The position numbers were made by a program, and so were the translations under genes. This document shows, piece after piece, positions 24,241 to 37,345 of a DNA stretch of 64,000 nucleotides (within the stretch, counting starts at the first letter, position 1; every line of letters starts with the position of its first letter). The stretch is from Octopus vulgaris (lineage: Eukaryota): the NCBI GenBank assembly GCA_951406725.2, contig OX597814.1, forward strand, positions 147,870,001-147,934,000, given 5' to 3'. A model generated the notes under the pieces. That model was not told the origin of the DNA. It saw only the letters and a list, made by a program, of their open reading frames with translations, and did not search any database.

Positions 24241-26629
24241 TCTTCGTTCATTACTCCATCCACACAGTAAAATACACAACATTCTTGCTACTCTTCTCTC
24301 TGCTATGGCATCATACTGACATTAGCGGAAAAAGCACTAAAACTGAAAATAAATATAATAGTAGAAAACAGGAAAAACGTAACAAATATGAGAAACATGA
24401 TTTCTCAAGTAATTGTTTATACTTGCGACCTCGTATCAACAAATGGACGGTCGTGTCCTACCATCGTATGTGACACATTCATCAATCTGATTTATGACAC
24501 ACTTTTGACTGTGATCTCTCCCCCTCTTTTCCTTCTCTTTACATACGTACGCATTTGCGTACATACACACACATCTACCAATCTTACTATATCTGTTTCA
24601 TATATGACCTTTTGTCAACACAGACGTCCAATACCCGCTTTTATTTAGCTTCAAGCAAATCTTCCATCACCCTACTTTTATATATTTCACCAAGGAACGC
24701 AGTGTTCTGACATTTTACTATTTAATCACTTTCTATCTCTATGATGTAGTTGCTGTTGCCGTTGTTGTTGCAACTTTTTCCTGATTTAAAATGTTAATGA
24801 GTTTCATCCTATTTGTGTTTGCGGTGATGCGAGTGCATCAATATTATCAGAATTACTGACGTTGATAATGCTTTATTCGAATCGACTCCAGAATAACAGT
24901 TCTATGATAAATTCAAAAACAATCCAGTTATGACCATCCCATATTTCATTGATAGTGTATTTCGACTTCATTCAATATTTCCTTGTTTAACTTGGAAGTT
25001 AGTAGGATTGTCGGAAGATGTGATTTATTATTCGCACTAGCTATGCATTGACGGTCCCTCATTACGTCGTAGTGAAAATATTAAATCATCACAAATGACT
25101 CTTAAAAGCCTAGCAGAATAAAGGCCACGACTTCACGTTGCTTTCACAGCAAAGATATTAGTTTCATGCTACTGTTAAAAAATATATCAGTTAAGATCTC
25201 AATGAGCAGCAGAAAGGACTGCTGTGTTTATTCTGAGAAGAAGCAGATCAAGATTAATGTTTAAGAAACGTTATCGTATTTCCTCTTAAATAATTTTTTC
25301 GATGATTCATCACCAACACGTAGAAAAAAGTTGGCGTAAGGGTAAGTGGAGTATTTTGCTTTTGTGAAGCATTTGTATTTTTTCATTTGCGAGTTATTAT
25401 AAAAGAGCTGTTGATGAATGAGTTGTAGTCATACAAGATGTTCGAAATTATAAAAAAATAATTAGTCTTTTTCCGTGATGTGTTGCTGAAAAAGAACATT
25501 AAATTGAACCGCTGCGATAACGAATATAAAAGCTGAAATAAATAAAAACAAAAATTGGCAACGATATTCTCGTGATATCTTAATATTTGCTTTAGTATCT
25601 ATTGCAGTGGTTATGTCATGAGGCATATAGCTGATCGAACTATCAATTTCTTATCAAATCTGTAATTTTATGCTTCTTTTGAAATATTGAATGATTTCTC
25701 AAAATAGAAAGCAACGTTTTATTCGATTGAATTGACACCAGAATTTGACATGCATACACGCATTTTATTGACAATTGGGGGCGAGGATGAAAGATAGCTC
25801 GTGATCATAGTGGCATTCTAGCTCAAAATATAAGAAATCAAAACTAAATCTGGCATGATATATCTAAAGCTCATCCGTTTTTGTGCTTTCCATCGCAACA
25901 TTTGATGGCATAACTACTCATGGGATAGATTATAAGTGGTCCTATTCAATGCTTTGGAGTTAAAATGTTCAAGAAGACAATAAAACAAATTATACTCTTA
26001 TTTCGATTAAATACGCTTGAAAAATATTACCTTCATTCAGTTGTAGTAATATAGCGTGTCGGTGAAAGACATAAACGGCCGTATCTTTTCCTTTCCATCA
26101 CTTGGTGTTCAACAAAATAACAGTTTGTTCGAGTTTTCCACTGCTCCACTGTCCATCAAAACAACGAGAATAATACAAGATGGAATGAATGGAAACTTTT
26201 CACTTATCAAGAGCGGAATGCAAAAAGAAAAAAAAAGGACTCCTTCTATCTGTAGAGGTATTCAGGAATACAGGAATATATTCCAATGCGTAGTGTTGTT
26301 ACTGATCTCGAAAGTATTGAAATAAAGCTCACTACATGGGAAATTGAAACACGGAAGAAAAAGACGCAATTGTTAAGCATTTTCCACGGTGCTCTATAGT
26401 TTATAAATCACTCTTGTTTCTTGATTTTTATAGGAAAAAATAAGGATGTGAAGTTACTCCACAGAACAATTAGATAATATAGTTACTCTTTCTGAAACAG
26501 TGGTCTGTAATCCTGACAAATGTTTAGGGATATCTTCGTGACATAGGCATTTTAATATACGGGTGGAGCCCAGCTCCCTCTCCGAGTGTGAACACAGTTG
26601 ATTTTTTTTTCTGGAAAAAGAGATAAGAA

Positions 26630-26750
26630 TAATTGATCAATGTGCTTGGATGGTACTTTATTTATCGGCTCTAACCTGAGAAAATGAAATGCAAAGCTGA
26701 CGTTGGTGAGATTGGACTCAGAACGCGGAAAGTTGTTACGAATAACAAAA
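26630..26750 (-). mobile_element. Degraded SINE family 2
   Basis: 'tggtactttatttatcg...gaaaatgaaatgcaaagctgacgttggtgagattggactcagaacg' matches the 53785-53991 copy. Confidence 0.5.
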
Positions 26751-27545
26751 GACATCCATAGACCTGTGGAGAAAAGGCCCTGCTCTATTTAGCTGCGTTG
26801 CTTCACTTTCAGACATTCGGAAACACTAACATTTATTTACTATGACTGAATTCACCGAAACCATGTCTCTGTATTTTCTTGTGATTATGTTAAAAATCCT
26901 TATATATTGCAATTTAATGCTTGATTAGCGCTAACTATTGAGAACTATAATCAAAAGCGTTCCATACTCGACCATTCCACTTTGTTTTGTGTTCATGCTT
27001 ACCTTAATCAAATTTTTCTCCTTTTTAAAACGGTAGAATATTATTTGAGGAGGACTTGGTTCCAGTATTTAGCTAGCGCTTAGACGCTCCCCTTGGCTCT
27101 AATACATTTATATTAAGATTTCATCAGTTGTAGTAGTAGTAGGAGGAGGAGGAGGAGCATTTCATTTCTGGTTAAATATATTTCAAGAGAACCGTGCAAT
27201 TTATTACAGTTAAAAGCCCAAATAAGTGTTTATCATAAGATTAGCGCTACTTCTCTCTTCTCACTGATTGACACTTTCAACTAATGGAATTCCTAAAGTG
27301 ATGCAGCACAAGCAAAGGAGGAGAGAACGACTGATGAATGCAACATTCCACCGAGATAAATGTTGGGGAACTGCCTATGACAATTCTTGTTTAGTCAAAA
27401 AAAAAAAAAAAAGAAAAGAAAAAGAAAAAAAGGAGGAGTGGAGATAGAGACAGAGAAAAAGAAAAATCTTACGTCACAAATGATTCAGATAATTAATGGT
27501 TGGTGCCTCTGCTTAGAAATCATTATCATTTGATGTTAGAAATCG

Positions 27546-27740
<195 letters not shown>

Positions 27741-29544
27741 AGTAAAAGCAAATTGACGTTCTGTCTTTGTCGCTGTAGCAGCAGTCCGTTTTGGTTCCCT
27801 GTTTGTTCGAGTCAAGAATGATGCACGTCGGTACATCCTTGCCTGATAATTTGAAATATTCGCTCGTTGAAGTCATTGTGATTAATTGACATCATTCCAG
27901 CTCTTGCTGCAAATAAATGGCTGTCTGAAGTGAAATGACGACTGCTCACTTGCATTGGCTTTCGTTTTGTTATTGCTATTGATGGAAACATTAAGATTAC
28001 TCATATTGTATGAATCTGAACCTCCTGCGGAGGTGGAGATGGCCAAGTGGGTGGCGTGTGTTATATTGTGCAGTCAACACAATGCAACACGAAGTGGACC
28101 ATTTTAATGTTTCCTTTCATTGATATTACTCTGTTAGAGTTTTCTTTGTCTAAAACTGCAAGCTAGCAGAAAGTATAAAGAAGGGATGCTAAATAGCTTA
28201 CATTAAAGTATATTTCATTTCCAGCAACACAGAACATGAAGTAAAGAGCACAGCCAAGCTTTCACGCTATGTAGATTCAATTGCAGGCAAAGGATGGAGG
28301 CCATTATGTTTGACGAAAGCAAGGGCTAGGAATGAGCAGAATTGGTAGATTGATATACGAAATGCTCTGCACATTTGGTGTCGTCCTTTACGTATTTTGT
28401 TTTAATTTTGCCGAGATTAAGTTTTTCATCATTCTCTGCTCGATATAATTCAGCATATTTTCACTTAGAAAAATAGGAATGTGGATTTCTGAGATTGTTG
28501 TACATACATTTGATGAATAGCATTGCTAACAGAACTATAAATTTTACCTCATGCACGCATTTCCATCCTCAGTATATTGTCTGGGCAAAATAATGATTCA
28601 AGTGGTAACGCTCAACCTGCTAGAAATAGAAACCAAATGTCCTTCGAATCACCTACATGTTATATATAATAGCTCTCACAATGCATCTAAGTACTACATA
28701 ACAATCAACATAAAACGAAAGGTACATTCAATTGAGCAATGTTAATTACACACTGAAGATAAACACAAATTTCGGATAGACCTCATTTAATGAAAAGCGT
28801 GCTTGATCAGCGGTGGTATTAAACTAACGTTCATTATGATCAGCACCTACAACAATGTTCCAGCTGCTCTCATTATTCATCATCCAATGAATAAATAAAA
28901 TCTTTTCAAAATCTCTCGAAAATTTCTGCTGATACCGATAATATTAAGAACAATTAACATAGAGCGGCTAATTCTTAATAAATCATTACAAATCCTCAAT
29001 CCTTAAACAAATTCTGATTAGTAAAAAATAAAACGCATTTTTATCAAGTTCGATCAGTTAACTGACATCAAATTGCATTTCCACATTCATTACAATATCA
29101 TTTTCAGACTTTCACTTTTCAATGATGTGAAATATTGCTTTGGGGAGATGTTAACTTAACCCTTTATAATTAGCTTCCGAAAATGTTTTAGTTTCCTAGG
29201 GTATATTTCAAAGGGTGTACTACTGTAAAGATGTGCCTATATGAAAGAATGAATGTTGTCTATTTGCGTATTATTTAATTCTACATACGGCAGTGAGTTA
29301 TTCTATACATGTACGCATTTATGAACATCTCCTTTTCAAAGTCTGCCTCACACTTATTGCTGAATAAATCACCATATATATCGCGCTAAATATGCAATTA
29401 TTCTTCTCCCTTCACCTGCCAACTTACAAACGTATAAACGTCTGTAGACCCCATCCAACTATAGAGTTTATCCAAAACCTTGATGAAACGAAAGTACATC
29501 GAACTCAATTACATAAGTATATATATATTCAATATATATATATG

Positions 29545-29752
29545 ATTGAATATGTGACCCCATGTGTATCGTTGGCGATTGTTTTCCCTCCCTCTTCCCT
29601 TCCTTGGATCTTTCCTTTTTCTATGTTTCTGGCGAAGAGCTCCGCTCGAAAAGTTAAATTCCTGAACGTCCAATAACACTATACTTGTTCCACGTCCTCG
29701 CGTTGTTGTGCTTTCTCTTTGTGTTTTCACGTTTGGATTATCTATCTATATA
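29545..29752 (+). mobile_element. Penelope-like pseudo-LTR fragment with compact hammerhead-like motif
   Basis: GUUU CUGGCGA A GAGC-UCC-GCUC GAAA AG UU AAAU at 29625-29659; pyrimidine-rich flanks; sits between TA-rich tracts. Confidence 0.55.
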
Positions 29753-30489
29753 TATATACATGCACACATGTCTCTCTCTGTATGTGCGTGCATATTGCAT
29801 TTGTGTAGGTATTTGACGAGGATACTCAATGACTCAAAATAGTTTCTTACAGATCAATTCATTATGGTTACGCAACTCTAATCCAAACCTATAAAATATA
29901 AACATATAGCTTTATGTTTTGAGCTGTATTACTCACGTTTGTAATACCAGACAGGATGCGGTTGTGTGACACACACTCACACACATACGCACGCACACAC
30001 CCACACGCACCCACCCACACATACACACACATACTGAATGAGGAATCCACAGAAATACCTGAGCGAGTGGTGTTTAGTGGCATTGTACGTAGAAGCATTG
30101 TTATAGCAATGATATTTATGTATATATACATATACACGGATACACACATATACAAATACACTTTTTTTATATATTGTATTATATTCTCATGTGTATTTAT
30201 ATGTATTTCACCTAGATGTTATATATATATATATATATCATAGCTCCCACAATGCAGCTAAGTACTACATAACAATCAACATTCTCTATGTCTAACTGCT
30301 GGTTAGAAAGAGAAAATGGGAAAAGATGAACCAAAGAAAATGAAAATACTAGTAGCTAGTACCTACAGTATACCAGATAATGAATTTACCAGTTGTAAAT
30401 CTCATTTTTCTCTGCCTCTACAAATATTTTCATGTTTCTATATGTATGTATGCGTGTATGTATGTATTTACGTATGCATATATGTAAGC

Positions 30490-30532
<43 letters not shown>

Positions 30533-30619
30533 TACATGTATTTATGCTTAAATATATGAAGGCATTTAAATAGGTAAATAATTTATAAATATGTGTATAT
30601 AGCATATAATACATATATA

Positions 30620-30955
30620 CACTGCGTGGCACATTGGGCAAGTGTCTTCTACTATAGCTTCGGGTCGACCAAAGCCTTGTGAGTGAATTTGGTTGACGGA
30701 AACAGAAAGAAGGCCGTCGTATATATGTATATATATATGTGTGTGTCTGCATATGTTTGTCCCCCCCCCCAACATCGTTTGGCAACCGATGCTGGTGTGT
30801 TTACGTCGCCGTAACTTAGCGGTTCGGCAAAAGAGACCGATATAATAAGTACTAGGCTTATAAGGAATAAGTCCTGGGGTCGATTTGCTCGACTAAAGGC
30901 GGTGCTCCAGCATGGCCACAGTCAAATGACTGAAACAAAAGAGTAGAATAGAGTA
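30620..30955 (+). mobile_element. SINE family 1 (CORE-like), 5'-truncated
   Basis: gcgtggcacattgggcaagtgtcttctactatagc resembles the MIR/CORE motif. Internal (TA)/(TG) tract; tail ggcggtgctccagcatggccacagtcaaatgactgaa plus agagta repeats. Strong similarity to 33366-33785. Confidence 0.88.
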
Positions 30956-31858
30956 GACGCTTGTCTATATGTGTATCAAAAATAAGTACCCGTTGGCGTA
31001 TAATTCTATATAAATATGAAGATACACACACACACACACATATATGTGTACATCCAATTTTAAGTTTAAATACTACATAACTTGGAGCATTTTGCATGGA
31101 TCATATTTACCGTTTGCAGCTCACATTATTTGTCGATCTGTGACTATTTGCAAAATGTAGATCTGCTTGTTGTAGTCGATGATCCTGTGCTTTATATTCT
31201 ACCCGAAACAACGATTTTCTTTTCCACTTCTTGCATAGATCCTTTCTGAAGCAGGTTCAAAATTATTTTGAGAGGGTCTTCGAAACCAATTTACAGCCAA
31301 TACCTTCCTGCGAAATTGCTCTCCACAATTACTGCTTTTCCTTTCATCAAAAATAACTATGGAGAAAGTGACAATCATGGCATTACTCAAAGTAAGCCTG
31401 TGCTAGCGAGAAATGACTACACACACACATACACACACAAATACACACACACATTTATATATATGTAATGCGTTTTTTTCTTTCTGTCATATTTACGCAG
31501 TGGACTAATATGGAATATTTCAAACTTTAACCCATTATTAACTAGTTATTGCGCGTTTCGTAATTGTATGTTTGTGTCAGAAGAGTAATACTGTGTTACA
31601 TTCAACACTTCTGAGTCTAAATCCGATATAATTTACATAAATGTATTATTTGCTTCTCATAACTTCTCTCTCTTTCTCTCTTCCTCTTTTTCTGTCTTTC
31701 TTTCTCCCTATTTCTCCCTCTCCCTCTCTCTGTGCTCGTAAAGCTTGTAATCACTTCAGAACCGCATACGCCCGTTGAAAGCCAAATGTCCTCAGAGGCA
31801 AATAAATAATCCATCTTATTAATAAACCTTCGAATAATGTCGTTGCGTAAGACTTATG

Positions 31859-31902
<44 letters not shown>

Positions 31903-32339
31903 CTTTTGATATGTATGTCTAACATACATAATTCTCTTACACCACGACAATTCTGTTTCGCTTCTAAATAATATAGATTCCAAAGCTTCTAGTTCGTTAT
32001 TTTCTTATGCATTCTTTTCTAAAATTTCCACCAAGAAACCCTCAAAGTTGGTAGAGCAAGACACTTCTTACAGCATGCTACCAGACAAAATCATTAACCT
32101 TATAAGCGAACATATAAATAAGCTATGCCGCAGCCATGATTTCTTCTCATAAATATGTCCCTTGGGAGATTAGACATCAAGGTTTACTCTCCTTTCTGGA
32201 CATAATGAATAATATTTTAATACGGGAAGGCAACCTATATATTGTGTATTGCGCTTCTATTAATTTCATATTGAAAGTTACTTTCTAGAGAGATTGATAT
32301 AGATCCGCATGTATGCACACACACACAGCATATCTATTG

Positions 32340-32828
32340 ATACATATACATACTTGCATACATTCATGCATACTTATATGATACGTACATCCATCTGTCC
32401 ATACTTCCACGCTTGCATAAACATGCACATTACGTATGTGTGCGTGTGTGTGTATGTGTGAGTGCAGATATATAAATACGCATGCTCTTACATATATGCA
32501 TATATCGATGCTCATATATACGCGCCCATATATACATATACATATATATATATATATATATACATGTTTGTATATATATATATGTGTATATGTATATATA
32601 TATGTATATGTGTATGTATATATATATATATGTATAAATATATATGTATATATATGCATATATGCATACATATATATATATACATATATGTCTATATGTA
32701 TATATATATATATTTATATATGGGCGTGTGTTTGTATGCGTCTTTATATGCATATGCACACACACACACATATACATAAACACCTCCCTTTTTGTCTCTC
32801 TCCGTCTCTCTCTCTCTCTCTCTCTCTT

Positions 32829-32879
<51 letters not shown>

Positions 32880-32910
32880 TTGTGTGTATGTATATACCTG
32901 TTTGTGTGTG
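32340..32910. repeat. Compound (TA)/(TG)/(CA)/(TC) microsatellite
   Basis: Seen directly. Confidence 0.9.
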
Positions 32911-33365
32911 TCTGAGTGTACTTGTAATGTACACGTACATACACTTTAGATTTTTATTTTTTCATATTTCGAACAAGATGACACGAATGTGAGTTGCTAG
33001 TTGCTATCAATGACTGAGATAGTCTGATGGGACTAAGAACATGTCGTGTCAAACAGCAATGAATATTATGACAGATGAATTGATGGCCATGTTTGCAAAG
33101 ATCGTAGAAATCGTGTTGTACCAATACTTGTGCATAGAAATCATCACTGTTCTAATAAATCTTTGCTCGTGTGTTGAGGATTATCTTGACGATGATGATG
33201 AGTGTCAAGATGGCGGTGATATTTATGCTGAAAATGATTATTTTGAAAATTTTGTTAGTAGTTTTCGTAGTGGTTGTGGTAAAGATGATAGTGATTTAGT
33301 GATAGTTTTGTGGATGGTGATGTTGATCTTGCTCGTCCTGTAGTTTGTGATTGTGGTGATATTGA

Positions 33366-33514
33366 TGGCTAGTGGTAAGTAGCTTGCTTACGAACTACAT
33401 GGTTCTGGCTTCAGTGCCACTGCGTGGCACCTTGGTCAATTGACTTTTACTATAGCCTCGGGCAGACCAAAGACTTGTGAGTGGATTTGGTAGACTGAAA
33501 CTGAAAGAATCGCG

Positions 33515-33572
<58 letters not shown>

Positions 33573-33785
33573 GTGTGTGTATATGTTTGTGTGTCTGTGT
33601 TTGTCCCCCTAACATCGCTTGACAACCGATGATAGTCTGTTTACGTTCCCGTAACTAACGGTTCAGCAAAAGAGACCGATAAAAGAATAAGTCCTGATGT
33701 CGATTTGCTCGACTAAAGGCGGTGCTCCAGCATGGCCACAGTCAAATGACTGAAGCAAGCACAAGAGTAAAAGAGTAAAAGAGTA
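33366..33785 (+). mobile_element. SINE family 1, near full length
   Basis: tRNA-like head tggctagtggtaag...ggcttcagtgcc, CORE-like block, internal (TA)n and (AAAGAGT)n tail. Homologous to the 30620 and 56299 copies. Confidence 0.9.
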
Positions 33786-33789
33786 TATG

Positions 33790-34350
33790 GTAGAGTTGTT
33801 GTCGTTGATCATGATTGTTATGATGATACTGATATCGATTACATTCGTAATGTTGTTCATGATGTTAGTGCTGCTGCCGATGTTCGTCGTCGCGGTTGTG
33901 ATAATGATAACGGTGATGTTGATAACGTTCATACTTGTGATTGTGATTGTAATGATGCTGAAGATTTTCATGACTTTGATGATGATACTGGTTGTGATGT
34001 TGGAGGTGTTATCAGCGTGGCTTGTGAAGATGTCATTGTCGGTTACGTCGATGTTAATTATGGTGCTGATAGTGATGATGCCGGTGACAGTGGTAATTGA
34101 GATGGCACGGATGATATTGATGGTTATATTTATTACGATGTTGATAATTATTATGGCGATGCGAAAATTTGTTTCCCAAAATTGAAGAGGACGGTGCTAA
34201 GTGGTGTTATAAATGAAACGTATGATGGGGATGTTGGTGGTGATATTTTTGGATTATGTCGATGATGAACGTGATTAATGATTGTTGTGACTAAGATGAT
34301 ATTGATTATAGTCACTGTTGTTGGAGGTGGTGATGTTGGTGGTGGTGCCG
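33790..34350. repeat. Degenerate (GAT/GGT/GTT)n low-complexity tract
   Basis: Trinucleotide periodicity is visible; produces the M/V/I-rich ORFs. Confidence 0.8.
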
Positions 34351-34723
34351 CGGCTGTTGTTAGCTCCATGACAGCCATAGTGTATCAGACTTATGATCAA
34401 ACACACTCTAACAAATACCATTCTTTCACTCGGCATGCTATCAAATAGCAGCCACATATCTGCTCCACCCTCAAACACACCCTACAAAATCTTTTAGAGG
34501 AAGGCTACATTGAATAACGTAGACCTTGATACGACGATGCTATTGCTGCTGATGTTGGTGGTTGCTCTGGTGGTTGTGGTAGCAGAGGGAATTGTAATTT
34601 TGTTCCTTGTCAAGTGTATATTAAGAGAATGTTGTAGTTCATATCAGTGTGAAGTCAGTTTTACTCTTTACTTAGATTATATGTTATTTCCTTCAATAAT
34701 AGTTAAATATGACACAGACACAA

Positions 34724-34857
<134 letters not shown>

Positions 34858-35727
34858 AAATCATAAGAAAGTGAAAATATATTTGTATGTGCATGTGCCT
34901 GAGTGTTATTGCAATTTAAATCATCAAACATTAATGTGATTGTCAGGTTTGCTATTGGCTGCGTAATAAATGTTATAATAACTAGGCTTTCGTAGACGTT
35001 TGATATGTCAGGTCTTTGCTTATATGTACCTGATATCTTCAGTACAAAACTGCAACGACTGATGTACCTGCAATTTGAAATACTGGATATATTACTATTT
35101 AATGCACAACCAATAATGAAACAGACAGCCATCTCAATAGTTTTAACATTTGGATTCTAGAAACACACTCTGATGCACACCAATCACTCAGACAATCACA
35201 AATTTTATACATACACTATATTCGCACATGTATGCTCGTATATCATCCGCTTACACATCAGCCACATGCACATACGCAACCGTTACATCTAACTTTCCAA
35301 ACTTCTGTCCGATTTGTCTTCACTGACATTTCTAAATTAAATATAGCTATATTGTTGATGCTATTGCGGTGGCGGAGCCATCAGCCTAAAAGCAAATTTG
35401 CTCTCAGAGGCACTGACCAACTCATCAACGATGGCTGAGAGCAAAAGTGGTCTATAGCATACATTTAATTCGATGAATGCGTTGAGGATGAATATTTTTC
35501 CTCAAATTCGAGTTTGGAGAAAGCTCATCGTGCCACATTCTGTTTAAACAATCCTTTGTTGTTCAAAGAATGTGGGACACGAAAGATTGTCTCCGAGAGG
35601 GTAGTATCATCTCCCATTGTGTTAAATGGCAGGAAATCAAATTTAGCCTTCGGGATGAATTGATTGTTCAGCGACACTGAATCGATTATTTTGCTGGTAA
35701 ATAATTGCAACCTCGAGAGACCAAATT

Positions 35728-35776
<49 letters not shown>

Positions 35777-36815
35777 GCACACATACATATCATTCCAGCC
35801 TAGCTTTGTCTATAATAGCGAACGTGAACTAAACAACGCATACACACGCGTATACTTTCTTTAATACATGTTTGTAATATATTTTCTTCTTTTTACCAGC
35901 GCTACCACGTCGGGTGATGCATAATTTATTTGTTACATTACTTACTCGGCAAGATCATAATATACAAAATAGTGTTGGCATATGAAGTGCTAACATGAAC
36001 ATGATAATATTACATTCCATATCAAAGATTAGCCGAACGGATCCCATTTCACACTGAGTCAGAGAAGATTTAGCAAGAAATCCGAGCGTCGTCTAAATAA
36101 CAGGAGCTTAAAACATCAACAAAACTCATTTCAACAAATCAAAGCTATACAAATTTAGCTGTTTATTCTATTTTTACAATAGGTTTTCAGTTTAACAGCT
36201 TTCTCTTGTTGTATCGTATATTATACGATGGATTCTCAATTACCATGTAGCATTGTTACCTTCAGATTCAATAAATCCATGTTTCTTTAATATTCTTCTT
36301 TTGTACATATCCAGCATTACACACAGATTTCGTGCAATATTTTCTAGTAAATCCATCACTCTTCTATAATTGATCACATGATTGCGTGTCCCAAAGGATT
36401 TTTACAACCATTTTCTTTTTCTTTTTGACAGCATAAATTCGAGTGAAAGAAATCTTATTGTATGTACATTTTTTGTTACGTTTAGTGATTTTTTTTCTGT
36501 ATGTTCAATCAAATAGACTATGTCACTTAAAATGAAGCGATTATTATGGCTGTTGATATTTCTTCTTACAAGCACATATTGATGATATGGCTCTGTCAGC
36601 ATTTCTATTATAGAAGTGCGCAATCACTAGCCTTCTAGCCTTTTATTACAATTCATTTTAACGGCTTTGATGAAGTAATAACGAACCGTGTAAAAATCTG
36701 TCACACACATCCAGCACGTGCGCTTAAACGTGCACATATGAATATATATATTACACATGGGCATATTTGATAAATGGGAATTCTCCCTGTGCAAGATATA
36801 AAACTATTAATGAAA

Positions 36816-37345
<530 letters not shown>

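Noticed and set aside
33787-34185. Hydrophobic membrane-protein-like ORF (also 27500, 40906 and 60126)
   Set aside because: Products of degenerate (GAT)n or (ATT)n repeats.
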